A stretch of DNA of 64,000 bases, taken from positions 18,342,858 to 18,406,857 of the forward strand of contig JAUZTB010000071.1 of assembly GCA_034780895.1 (NCBI GenBank). The letters run 5' to 3'. The stretch's first letter is position 1. Each line of letters opens with the position of its first letter. Of the stretch, positions 51,661 through 64,000 are shown piece after piece. The notes beneath the pieces are model-generated. The model ran no database searches. It was not told where the DNA came from and saw only the letters and a program-made list of their open reading frames with translations. Source of the DNA: Rhynchobatus australiae (lineage: Eukaryota). The translations under genes were made by a program, and so were the position numbers.

Positions 51661-52343
51661 TTATTGAAACATTGCTGAAAATATCAGTATCTGATCTTGT
51701 GCCTTCAGATCCACTGTTGTCAAATTATGAGTATGCACCAGACTGACCCTCAGTGGCAGAGCTCTGCATGGTGGTGTGTCCCGTCCAAAAAATTCCTAAC
51801 AAAATTCCTGATCTTATCCAAAGCACCCATGTGCTTATTTACTGTTCCAGACAGTAGTTGGAATCTGATGAAATAACTATTGACATTGCTTCTTTGGAGA
51901 TTTTGTTAGGGTGATTGTGTACAACCTCAGACAAATTTAGGGCTAATACCTCTCCAAAGTGTTATTTTCTGTTTATTGTACACTTTACTATGATATAAAT
52001 GATCTAAAACTGTATACTTTACTTAAGTGGTTACTTAACATCTCTTGGTTTGGATCTTCCATTGACCAAGAAGACACCCAAGAGGGCCCTTGGAGCACAG
52101 TGTTTCTTCCAGTGCAGGCATCCTCTAAAGTCAGGTGGCCAAATGCACTCACAGAAAGGCCTTGATAGCAGTCGAGGCCAGACTCCCAGGCTCAGCAGAG
52201 ATTTAAAAACAGCCAGGTAATACTAACAGTAAAAATACTAAATGAAAAGTATAAAAATATTAATTAAAATAATTTTAAAAACAATTAAATATATCTAAAC
52301 TTACTGAATTAAATCAAACAAAAGGTTCATCTTTTGTTCTCCT

Positions 52344-52460
52344 GAATCAGAATCAGAATTATTATCGCTGACTTAGATAATGTGAAATGTATTATTTTGT
52401 GGCAGCAGTATATTGCAAAAACATTACTATAAATGACCAAAAAACAAATAATGCAAAAAA
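52344..52460 (-). mobile_element. Rex1-type 3' tail with (tctgat)n end
   Basis: gaatcagaatcagaattattatcgctgactta...gtgaaat...tttgtggcagcagta; the same tail is on + at 17906-17937. Confidence 0.6.
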
Positions 52461-52909
52461 TATTTCTTCCTATTCATATCAGTGAGCCTGTTGTAATTTT
52501 ACCAGATCTAAACTGGGAAACTTAACAAAGTGCAAGGGTCCTGGTGCGGCCAATTAAGTGAAGCAAACGACTACAATTCTGCCTGTGCCTGAGTGAATTT
52601 GTTCCAAAGTAGAATATCTGCCCCATTATAGTTGCAACTATAAAGTACTACTACGATATGTTCATTAATAAGGGAAGTCATATCTTCATCTATCATAAAA
52701 CATGCTGCATGCTCGTCAGCTTTGCATGGTCTGGAACTTTAAAATATGCATCAATTGTTTTCATGCAGTCTGCTGTGAAGGTGTACCACAAACATCCATA
52801 TGGTTTTGCTTATGATGCATCAGTTCTAAAATGAATCAAATGCTGACACACGTTCATTCCTTTCCTGCTTTTATTTATCCACAGCCATTTCCTCTTGGTG
52901 CCAGGCTTC

Positions 52910-52956
52910 TCCGTTGCCTGGTACTGGAAGATCCGTTGCCTGGTACTGGAAGATCC
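52910..52956 (+). repeat. Exact 22 bp tandem duplication
   Basis: tccgttgcctggtactggaaga x2, plus tcc. Confidence 0.95.
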
Positions 52957-53759
52957 AGCTATGCAATCCAGTGTCACATCTTCCAAAGTTTTGAAATGCC
53001 TTCTGATATTTCCAAAGTTTCCAGACATAATTTTTTTTAAAATTACTGCTTAACAGTTACTGAGAAAAAAATCTTAACATTGTAATGTGTTTAAACTATG
53101 ATTTTTCAGTCAGAACTGTGTGTGATTTAGCAGTAGTGTCATCAATTTTCTGTATTTTTAAGCCCTTTTATCTTATCTTTGCAGCATTGGCTATCACTAT
53201 CATTGAAAAGTGCTGAGGATGTTCTGGGAAGCACCAGGTGCAATATTTTTGTGCAAACTACATCAATGCCTGATCCTATCAATTACCTTGATAACATGAA
53301 TCAATAAAATGATGAATCCACAACAAAGAAAACAGTCATAATATCATGTCACCATAGACCCAGCCTCTTTCCTCCCGGACTAATTCTGGTCTGTGCCTGT
53401 TGGATACTATGCTGATCCTATCTCTCCCAGTCTCCTGCTGCTCCCTGCACACTCTAAATACCTCCATGTTCTCTAAGCTTGGGGTTTCCTCTGTCTCAAA
53501 CTCCACATCTCTGCACCACTCATTCAGTCCTCACCAGTTAAACTAGATTAAATTGAAATGATATGAAAATCTTTTATTTCTATGGATGGTGATGGCTGTT
53601 TTAAACTAACTCAGGAGAAATTTGATGCCAATCCTTTAATGAGGACTCCAAAGCTCACTTGCCAAGTACAGAATAACCACTGGTGTTGATGACACCACAG
53701 ATGTATTTTAACTATTGCACACCAAATGCATATCATACAATGATGGAAACAAACAATCA

Positions 53760-53864
53760 CAAACTTCAACAATTCTTTCCCCCCCACAGATGCTGCTCAA
53801 CTTGCTGAGTTCCTCCAGTAGATTGTTGCTCCAGGTTCCAGAATCTGCAGTCTCTTGTGTCTCC
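53760..53864 (+). mobile_element. Penelope-derived terminal fragment
   Basis: cccacagatgctgctcaacttgctgagttcctccag...gctccaggttccagaatctgcagtctcttgtgtctc. Confidence 0.7.
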
Positions 53865-54856
53865 ATACGAATGATGGCAGTTTTCTCTCTAGATCACTCT
53901 TGCATTTTCTGAATGGTAAATTATTACAAAGTCATTCCTTACTAATATTACACACCTCTCAATGGTGACGACACTTGATGCTCAGGCTCTGATCCTCCCC
54001 CATCCCAATCCCCTGCTCCCACTCCCCCCAACTTTCTGATCTGCCTGAAATCCTTCTCTGGACCCAATCCACACCCAAATTGTCCTTCCCCCCAACCACT
54101 CTGTACCATAGCACCAGCTATGGTCGTCCTTTCCCCAAATATCTCCTGGAACACAGACCCCAATCAGGCCTCTAACCTCCAGTATCCCTCCTCCAACATC
54201 CCCTTTCCTTCAGTGCCCCCTGACCCAGCCTTTGTCTGGACTCCTGGACAGAACAATTTTAAGAAAATGTGCAGTACCTTGAGCTGCTCTCATGACCTTG
54301 GGCCCCAGGCACAACTAAATGTTGTGCCTGAGGCCCAAGGTTGTGAATGGCCCTCTTAACTGCCCATCTTGTCCATCCATTTGGGCTCACTAATGTCAAT
54401 GGGCCTGAGTTTTCTATTTACCACAAAGAAAATGTGTGAAGAGTGAACTAAGGCCTCATCTAACCCAGGGATGGACTGCCTGAGCATGTTGGTGCTTCCC
54501 CTGTGTTGTTGCACAAAGTCTTCAGGCTTGCGCAAGTTGTCAGAGTTACTTTCGTATATTGAATAAAATGTGGCAGAGCTACAAAGGGACATGGAAAATA
54601 AAAGGGAGTCTTTAGTTAAACGGTGCTCAATAAGTCCCTTTGATCTTTTTTAAGGTTGAGACATAAAATCCAGATATAGTTTAAAACCAGTATCCCCATG
54701 ACCACTCGTCCCGATATTTCTCGGTGGAAAGACTGAGGTTGCAAGTAGTCAGAGGTTCTGATCTAGATTCTAACTTAAGCACTAGATATGATTTAAAGTC
54801 TGTATCCACTGCTGTTATTGGCCCTCAGTAATGGACACAGGCAAGGCTGTAAATAG

Positions 54857-55186
54857 AACACAGAAGAGTACAGCACAGAACAGGCCCTTCAGCCCACAAT
54901 GTTGTGCCGACATAGCTAATCCCTTCTACCTGCAGAATGCCCATTTTGCTCCATTTTCCTCTCATTCATGTGCCCATCCAAGGCCCTCTTAAAAGTCGCC
55001 AATGAATTTGCCTCCACCACCCTATCAGGCAACGCATTCCAGGCATCCACCACTTTCTGAGTAAAAAACGTATCCCTGACGTCTGTTCTGATCCTACCCC
55101 CTCTCATCTTAAATGCATGCCCTCTGGTATTGGATCACTCAATAATGGGAAAAAGATATTGCTTGTCCAACCTATCTATGCCCATC
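54857..55186 (-). mobile_element. Young CR1 3' fragment with probable 6 bp TSD (aaatag)
   Basis: Minus ORF RGGRIRTDVRDTFFTQKVVDAWNALPDRVVEANSLATFKRALDGHM is uninterrupted; aaatag at 54851-54856 and 55187-55192. Confidence 0.92.
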
Positions 55187-55610
55187 AAATAGTTGAAGAA
55201 TCTGGCAAGCCAGGGAGGCTGAGGTCCCCATTGACTTAATAACTGCTATAATAGAGGTCTTAAGCTGACACTAAAATGCTTATGTATATATGCATTAGAT
55301 GTGATGCCACCTACAAGAACAGGTAAGAGATATCTCATTCATCCTCACCCAGTATAGCTGGTAGCACTCTCCTAATCAGAGGTCTGTACATGCATCCTGC
55401 ATTCTATCTTGGGGCCTCATTCCCCTGGAAAGCTTGTGCCACATACCCCAATTCCCAGATTTGGACTTACAACATGTCCATTGGAGTGCGGTTCTGGAAG
55501 ACTGCCGCTGCCCCAGTGTTGTGTCAAGCAAAGGTCTGGGCACTGGAGAGAGGGTGGGGAAAATATGGGTACGATAAAATCAAAGTATCTAAAAAGAACA
55601 GAAAAATCTA

Positions 55611-56297
55611 ATTGGTAAATTGGTATATTGGATTATTATTGTCACATGTACTGAGTTACAGTGAAAATCTTTGTTTTGCATGCCATCCATACAGATCATT
55701 TCATCTCATCAGTATATTGAGATAGTGCAAGGAAAATCCATAACAGAATGCAGAATTAAATGTTACACTTACAGAGAAAGTGCAGTGCAGGCAGACAATA
55801 AGGTGCAAGGCCACGATGAAGTAGATTGTGAGGCCAAGAGTCTGTCTAATCATACAGAGGACCACTCAATGGTCTTAGAGCGGCAGGATAGAAGCTGTCC
55901 CTGAANNNNNNNNNNNNNNNNNNNNNNNNNNNNNNNNNNNNNNNNNNNNNNNGGGAGAGAAGAGGGAGTGTTTGGGGTGGGTGGGGTCTTTGATTATGTT
56001 GGTTGCTTTACTGAGACAGCAAGAGTCCAAGGAGGAGAGGCTGTTTTCTGTGATGTGCTGAGCTGTGTCCACAACTCTCTTCAGTTTCTTGCGGTCTTGG
56101 GTAGAATAGTTGCCACACCAAGCCGTGATGCATCTGGATAGGATGCTTTCTATGGTGCGTCAATGAAAATTGGTGCGGGTCAAAGGGGACATGCCAAATT
56201 TCTTTAGCTTCCTCGTGAAGTAGAGGCACTAGTGCACTTTCTTGGCTGTAGCGTCTACGTGGTTGGACCAGGACAGGCTATAACAGGTGATGTTCTC
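55611..56297 (-). mobile_element. Rex1/Babar LINE 3' fragment (gap inside)
   Basis: Minus DTAQHITENSL.SLDSCCLSKATNIIKDPTHPKHSLFSP; near-identical to 9201-9797. Confidence 0.92.
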
Positions 56298-59200
56298 TTA
56301 TCCTGTTTAATTTAATTGAATTAAATATTTAATTTCCATTCAGTTCCTAGCTTCAAGCTAAATGTCATGGCAATTTTGAATTAAACAGACGACACTTACA
56401 ACATGGGAAGAAGCAAAGAAGCCCTCTGCATCCTGTTTCAGCCTGCACATTTCAACCCCCAGTGTTTAGTTCTGAAGTGTCTATTCAGGATCTCTGTCTG
56501 CACTTGTCATATTTAATTTAATTCAACATTCAGCACTGAGACCAACAATGGTGACAGCTGGTGAATGTTACAAGATGGACAAAAGGATGTGTTAGTCACT
56601 TACAGCAATTTTTTCCAATGAACTCCTAGAATTTTCTTAACACCTGAAAGGGCAAGTTAAAACATCAGAGCACAGTGGACCAACAAAGGACTCATCTGCT
56701 GATGGGCAGGGTTTACACAAGGTAAGGGTTCATGTCAGAATGGAATGGGTAAAGGAAATCAAACAAGTCTNNNNNNNNNNNNNNNNNNNNNNNNNNNNNN
56801 NNNNNNNNNNNNNNNNNNNNNNNNNNNNNNNNNNNNNNNNNNNNNNNNNNNNNNNNNNNNNNNNNNNNNNGTGACAACTTATAATATTTACTTTGTTTTC
56901 CACCTTCAAACGTCTCAGCAGATAGAAACTAACATCAGATCAACAGTTTGTGTTTAGACAAGAATTCTCGTTTTAACAAATTGTATCTGTGTCTGAATCA
57001 GGGTGAAGGATGCGAGGTTCCAAGTGAGACTGGATCAGGGCTGATTCAGTAGTAGATTGGACTGGATAGAGGGATTAGGACGAACATCAGCTGCTGGAAA
57101 CCCATGTGGGAATGTGCTGCGATCATTGGTCAGTGATGGGGATCAGCAAGTGAGGGAAGTAGGTTGTTAGTCAGGGTGGGTGTTGGGTTTTGTTTGGAGG
57201 GGACGTGCAACCTGTTAGATCATGTTGGGTCAGACCCTGTTTGGGAGACCAGTGGGCGGGGGAGATGTTGGGTGAGGATCCTGAGCTCGAAAGGCAGGAG
57301 GGTCGCCAACATGGCTGGCGGGAAAGGAGTTTGGGTCTCAAAATTAAGTCAGGTAATGAATAATTTACAGGGGATGTGATTGTGTTGGATTCCCTATGGC
57401 AAGGCATTTGTTCAGTTCTGTCGTGCAGCATCAGACTTCAGAGGCACACTGGAAGCCTGCCTCAATGTGGCTGGCCTGCTGAAGAAGGTCAATCAAACAC
57501 TGAAAATCCTGTCTATGTGTGCATTGTATTTGGTCTTTGTGAGTTATGCATTGGATGGATGCAAATGGGGAAACTTGCATAACACCCATTAAATCCTTGA
57601 TCTTCTTGGAATTGGGTCATGTGGCACACCAGAGAGTGATGTGATCTAGTCTGCAATCTCAAAATAAACATCATTTTCTGTTCATTTCAAACTCAGTTAA
57701 AAACTATTTCTGTTGCTTTTAAGATGCAGATTTGTAGGTGTCTGCCGGCTGAGGGGGGAATGCAGCTCACAGTCAAACAGTCTGCTGCCACTGACTATTC
57801 AGGGCCCCCCTGTAAATAACAGCCACGTGAACCAGATGGAAATTGCCGCTGGCACTCAGGAAATTGAAGTTAAGTGTTGATCAACATATTCAACAGAAGA
57901 AAACAAAGCCAAAAAAAAGGTAAAATTAGAGAAAAGATTTTTTTATATCACCCAAAGCACCCCAAAAATTATGACAACTTTCCAAAGTTGATAAGAGCTT
58001 TCAAGCAATTACGGTAGTCGGTAGTGAAGCTTTCATTGCTTTATTGCAAGATCAAACAGTGCCTAATGCAGTGAAAGATCTCAGCTTTGAACTGCCTGTT
58101 GCACTGACGATGGCAATAATTCAAACCAAAAGAAAGCCTGGAAATAAATGGATAGTTTATTGAGTANNNNNNNNNNNNNNNNNNNNNNNNNNNNNNNNNN
58201 NNNNNNNNNNNNNNNNNNNNNNNNNNNNNNNNNNNNNNNNNNNNNNNNNNNNNNNNNNNNNNNNNNNNNNNNNNNNNNNNNNNNNNNNNNNNNNNNNNNN
58301 NNNNNNNNNNNNNNNNNNNNNNNNNNNNNNNCATTAGCATTCTAACCTAAAATGATTTTCAAGATGATGACAGCTATGTGCTCATAAACTTATATATGCT
58401 CCAAAGAGGAATATAGCAGTACTCAGCTAAAATGTAATTAAGCCAATTCTGAATCATATGGATAAATGCCTTCCCCTTACTGCATGCCCATTGTTCTGGG
58501 GAAAGAACAGCATGACAGTGCAAGACAAGGCAGAATGAACAAAATCTGCATGGGGACAGATTATGCTGTAAAAATTATGTTATTTATGCATAAATGAAAC
58601 CACTTCTGGCGAGCCCACATGTGTCATTCAATGCAACATTCTAGAAGCTGTCTTCCCAGATGTATTATTCCTTTTAAGTTGTGCAAAATATCACTGTCCG
58701 GCTTTCCATTCAAATTGGTTGGAAGCACCTGATCTGTTGCCATGGATAGTGGTTGAATATGCCAACCCCTATGTATGATTTATTGAATCATTCTCGTCTA
58801 AGTAACCATTTAAAGTTACATCCTCTCCTGTACTGAAAGTTGCCTTTAACAAGGGTGGGGTCTCATTCCCTCAAATTTTAACAATTCTTTGAGATCTTAA
58901 AAGTATTAAATACTTCTTTACACTTTCTATGTCTCTTGTCTCTCTCAGTTAAATCTTCCTTTTCTTGTCTGTATTTCACATTTTGAACCTGGTTTGACAT
59001 TGATTTCACTATTTAATTTAAATCTATTCAGTTAGCAGTCTTAGATGTTGTCTAATAATTTTTAATCTGTTCAGGCAAGGTAATAAACCATTGTTTGTCA
59101 TGATCACTGGAGGTCCAGATGGCCTGAATAGCATGCTGTGCTCTTTGAATATCTCTTTGACAGCTACTTGGCCAGCAAACTCCAAGGGAAAGTCTATAGA

Positions 59201-59904
59201 CAAATGCTAGTTTGAAGAACAGCTGGTGTCATTAACTCATCAATCACAGCAGAATTTGGTATGTATTATATGACTCTACCTGGTCAGGTCATTGTAGTAC
59301 TACAATTAAAACAGTGTAGGTCAGTTAGCTGCGATGAGAAGTGTTGTCTATAAAATTGGTGGGTTCTGCATTACTTGGTTACATCGTGTTAAGTTGTTTG
59401 TAGTATCCTTGATCTTTGATTGAAGTCCAACTGCCACAAATATTGGCTCTGTTAACTTAATGCTCAATTATCATGAGTTCATGTAAACTCATACAAGAAG
59501 ATACAAGAAGAATCCACAATGCACTACAATGCTAATGCCTATCTGGCAAATACAGACAAGAAGAGATATAACAAAGTGCAATAAATTGGGTAGCTAGAAA
59601 ATCAGAGGTTAATACATTCACAGAACCGAGATGAAATAAAATTGAAATAAAATATTCATTTTAAAAGCACACAGTTCAGATTATTTTTCAAATATTCCAA
59701 TTTGCCGATCCCAGTTATCTTATCCAAGAACCCAGTCAGAGTAATAATATCAATATCTTCAGGTTTATCGTCCATATTATATGTATAATATTATATATCT
59801 TAGTCGGTGGCAAGATTGTTGGCTCTCTATAAAGAGGGGACTGGAAAGATGTAACCAAAACTGTCTTTGCAAAATTCTCCAAATTCATTGGAAGGATAAT
59901 TGAA

Positions 59905-60372
59905 CCAATGTCAGTGACTTCTCCCTGGCCAACATCCCAGCTATGATGCCTAAGTTGCACTCAGTCATCTCCATTGGGCAGGCGACATCACTCGCATGCT
60001 TGACAGAAGACTCCCAAATAGATAGTGTATTCCAAGCTCCATTCAGATGGAGAGAGGAAAAGATTCAAAGATATGCTCTAAGTCTTGTCAAAGAAATACA
60101 ACAATGCCACTGACTTCTGGGAATTTCTGGCCCAAGACCACTCAAAGTAGACAAAGAGTATTCCAGATGGTATTGCAAACCTTATCTCCATGCACTGGGA
60201 GCACACAGCAGCTCTGCTTCAGCTGCAGAAAGACCACACATCACAAGCACCCACCCACCCACACTTCCTGTCCAATCTGTGGCAGAGTCTCATCAGCTAC
60301 TTTGGAATCCATAAAATTGGAGAGGGAAAAAGTCATCCTTAGCCCCAGAGGACTGCCTGAGAAGAAGAAAAG
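59905..60372 (+). mobile_element. RTE-clade LINE 3' fragment
   Basis: LHWAGDITRMLDRRLP, KRFKDML, C-terminal TSCPICGRV, and tail gtcatcctt...gaggactgcctgagaagaagaa. Confidence 0.75.
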
Positions 60373-61109
60373 GAGGTGAGTTCTCTGACACGGGATGTTT
60401 ACATAATCTGGCATATACCAGGTCCAGGAACTTTCATCTCTTTGCCCGATAATGCAAAATCATTTGTCTCTCTACATTATGAATAAACCTAATTACAGTA
60501 ATTGGGTCTGATTTTCAAAGCCACAGATAATTTATGTACTTAATTTATACTGTATAATTAAATACAATACTGTTTGTTTTGCCCTTAATTTTGGTTTAGC
60601 ATACTTGTGAATTTACTTTCTGTCACCATTTGTATTTGTTGTTAACATCAACATCAACCACATCCCTTCTTCAGCAAAGAATGCTCAAAAACTAGGGACA
60701 CATGTTCCTTCATGAATCCACTGACTCCAGGTTTCTGATGATCTGGCAGGTGTGGCAATGAGTCAGCTGAATGAGTCAGGCAGTATTCATGATAATTCCC
60801 AACACTGACCCACCTACTACAAAACCAGAGATCACAATTTGTAATAATTTGAATAAAATATTAATTCGTAACATATTAATAGATAACTAAATTGTTTTCA
60901 CTAGTTTATGCATCTGAGGACAATGTAGTGCAGCTTTAAACATATGGTTGTCCTACCAAGAGAGGCGAGACAGTCACTGAGTTGCACAGCAGAGAAATGG
61001 TCCTATTGGCCCTCCGCATCCATGTTGACCTTTCTGTTCATTGACACCAACCCTACTTGTCCTCATTAGGACGGTATCCCTCTATACCTTGCCTGTATAG
61101 TTTGGGTCT

Positions 61110-61528
61110 GTAATCCTTGGAGTTGAGAAGAATGAGGGGTAACCTTATTCAGATGTATAAGATTCTCAGGGGGCTTGACAAGGGAAACGTTGAGATGTTC
61201 TCACTGAAGGGAGAGTCACAAACAAGGGATCATAGCTCCAAAATAAGGGGCCAGTCATTTAAAACGAGTGTGCGTAAAAATTTCTTCTCTCAGAGGGTAG
61301 CGAATCTCTGGAATTTTCTCCACCACGCTGTGGTGGAGGCCAGATCATTAGATATATTTAACAGGGTGATAGATAAATATTTGAAAGATCAAGGAATTGA
61401 GGGTTATGGGGAACTGGCACTAGAGGAGTAGAGGACACCAGAGATCAAACATAATCGCATTGAATGGTGGGGCAGGCTGGAGAGACCTAGTGGCCTATTC
61501 CTGCTCCTATTTTCTCATGTTCTTGTGT
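61110..61528 (+). mobile_element. CR1 3' fragment
   Basis: ORF 61117-61431 ELRRMRGNLIQMYKILRGLDK...RKNFFSQRVANLWN...IDKYLKDQGIEGYG. Confidence 0.92.
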
Positions 61529-62804
61529 AACTACTTCATTTTAACGCAATTCTTTTCAAATAATCTTACTTTTGTTTCTGTTCTTGTACACAAGCCCTGG
61601 AAACACTGGCAATAGCTTACACTAGCTGCCTGTAATGTAATGATGCATTCCAAAATGCTTTATTAACAAATTTGAGAATAAATGACCAAAGCTTCATCCA
61701 AGCAATAGGTTTTAAGGAACTCGGAGCATTTCAGGGACATTTAAGGTTTAGTTGATGAAATGCAGCCACCAGCTATCTGTTAAACAATGCTGTTATAGGC
61801 CTTCAACCCAAAGTACTATCTCTATGTCTCTGTCTCCAGATACTGCTCCTTGCTGTATTTTTGTTTTGCATTTTTTTGCTTTTATTTTGATATCTGCAGA
61901 TTTTTTGACTTTCATTTACAGTTAAAGATAAATAGTTCAGTTAACCTAATTTATGCCTCCATTTGGATTCCAGCAAGCTGTATCGTTCTAATTAAATCTA
62001 TTTCCTGAACTTAATCTGTAACAATGATAGATAACCAAACTACTTGTATTAGTTTATGCATTTTGGAGACTACTTGTGGTGCAGCCATAATAATGACAAA
62101 TAATACTTTTTCCTATATTTTATTCCACTTTGGCCCTGTTTACTTTATAGTCACACTCTCCACATATTTTATCAAGACACTTACGCCACATTGAGACGGG
62201 TAATGCCCGAAACATCTGCACTTCATTCCTCCTGTTTTATATGTCATGGTTTAGTTCATTAGGCCTGGGTTCAAGAAGCAAAGAATCCCATCAATTAAAA
62301 CCAAAGTCAAAGTATGACCCTGCTGTATTGTTCTATGGTTCTTTATTCCAGTAAACCATTTTTTGTGAAGATCTCTTGCCTGAAAATGTTCTAGAACTGT
62401 CAAACGATTGAGTCAGGCTCACTTTCTTCATTGCATTCTCCGCTTCTCAGAACTCACCCTTGAGGAAATAGAGGAATGGCTGACTGTCAATTATTGATAG
62501 TGCTTTCATGAAGCATTTCAGTCTGTAGCTACACAATCACCTGAAAAAACTATTGGCATCAGCATCCATTAGAAGAAAACGAAAAGTCTTAATGATGCTA
62601 AGAAAAATTGTATTTCCTATAATTCTGGATGGATGAGGGGCCAAAATAAAGCTTTCTTATTCCAAAGTTCAATGATCTAAATCTGATATCATCTGTCTCT
62701 GCCTTCTCTGTATTTATTCCCTACCTGTCCCGCCCCAGCTCCCCACCTCTCCATGTATTGTAACAAGCATGACGAGAGTAAGTGAATATTAATTTACCAC
62801 TGAA

Positions 62805-62900
62805 AAAGAAAATGATGAAAACACTCAGCAAGTCAGGCAGCATTTGTAGACAGTGATGCAAGGCTAATGTTTCAGCTCAATGACATCTCATCAGGACTGG
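62805..62900 (-). mobile_element. Penelope-derived terminal repeat with hammerhead-like core
   Basis: Minus strand: cagtc-CTGATGA-gatgtcattgagct-GAAA-catt...aaatgctgcctgacttgctgagtgttttc. Confidence 0.7.
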
Positions 62901-63647
62901 GAAAAATTACAAACAAGGTGTCAATCAGAAGATGACGTGCTGTTCCTTGTGTTTATGTGGAGATTTGATGGGACAGTGAGGGAAGCAGAGGACAGAGAAA
63001 TCAGAGTAGGAGTGAGAAAGAGGAATTAAAGTGATGGCTGACTAGAAGTCTGGNNNNNNNNNNNNNNNNNNNNNNNNNNNNNNNNNNNNNNNNNNNNNNN
63101 NNNNNNNNNNNNNNNNNNNNNNNNNNNNNNNNNNNNNNNNNNNNNNNNNNNNNAGTCTGGGGATTTTGCTTGTAGAATGAATGGAGGTCAACCAATCTGC
63201 ATACTGTGTGCCCAATGAAGAGGACACTGCCTTACAGGCAGCAATTGTGATGTACTAAACTGGAGCAAGAATAAGCACAGAGAAATGGCAAGGAGACTAA
63301 GCTGAGGTACATGGAAAATGAAGGGCGTTACTGAGGCCAAAATAAAATAATCAGCATTTCTAGCATGGACTAAAATAAGTGTGAAGGACAATGGGAAAGA
63401 ACAGACGCAATGAACTGAAGCAGATAGCTAACAGTCACTAACATAATGTGGCAAAGAATTTTCAACTGTGTGGCAATTTCTATAAGTTTTAAATTCTGTA
63501 GAATTTTTGTTGCTTACTCGTCTTAAACTAACTTCAAGTAAAATGGATAATGAGAAGACAGCAATTTTACAATTCTAGAACAAAAAAGGTAGAATTTCCC
63601 ACAAAAATAAGTTTGGGGTTTGCCCCATAAATTACCAATCTTACTCT

Positions 63648-64000
63648 GTTTCTTATGGGACCATTAGGTCCCTGACCTTTTCAGAGCAAAGATCCAAATA
63701 TGAAGCAGAGAGCTAAATTCAAGAGGTGAGGTAAAATTGACATCAATGCAACATTCAGGATTTCTGGTAAAAGTGAAGTCAAACTAGGCATCGGTAAGCA
63801 AGTTACTGGTAAATGTCAGTTGATAGCATTATCAGATACCTTTCAGCACTTTGTAGACTAATTGGGCTCTAATAGGCTGAACCAGATTTGTCCTGACTTT
63901 TGTGAACAGAACGTGCCTAGACAATTTTGCACATTTTCATGTAGATGCCAGTATTGTTAAATTACTGGAACAGTTTGGCTAGAGATGTAGATAACTCTGA
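63648..64000. mobile_element. CR1-group RT fragments in opposite orientations
   Basis: Minus ~63780-63990: SLAKLFQ..NTGIY..CKI...VHKSQDKS...PISL...LTDA.F. Plus 63648-63780: F..DH..PDL...ELNSRGEV. Confidence 0.65.

Noticed and set aside
61117-61431. Uninterrupted 104 aa ORF
   Set aside because: C-terminal CR1 ORF2 fragment of a 5'-truncated copy, not a host gene.
62190-62218. gagacgggtaatgcccgaaacatc, resembling hammerhead stem II plus GAAA
   Set aside because: No CUGANGA box upstream and no stem I; flanks do not match the Penelope repeat.

Overview
Eukaryotic, AT-rich, CpG-depleted genomic DNA from a fragmented assembly with about 22 N-gaps. The repeats (HER1-type CR1 LINE 3' ends, tRNA-headed V-SINEs, Deu-type SINE remnants, Rex1/Babar, Penelope, L1-Tx1, RTE) point to a cartilaginous fish, probably a ray or sawfish-like batoid. 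That assignment is an inference from recalled repeat families, not a database result. No intact protein-coding gene, tRNA/rRNA gene or CRISPR array is supportable. Every listed ORF is a decayed retroelement fragment, an N-spanning artefact or background, so the window looks intronic or intergenic. The most interesting signals are: (1) about a dozen Penelope-derived short terminal repeats, several carrying a recognisable minimal hammerhead ribozyme core (CUGAUGA/stem II/GAAA/palindromic stem III), alongside Penelope GIY-YIG endonuclease fragments; (2) a young V-SINE with a Rex1/Babar-type tail instead of the CR1 tail, inserted in one copy of a local duplication so that the empty site is visible; (3) a TG...CA solo-LTR-like element with intact CCAAT/TATA/polyA layout but no clear TSD; (4) several miRNA-sized or MITE-like hairpins; (5) a few unassigned candidate exons. 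Repeat boundaries were read by eye and are approximate.
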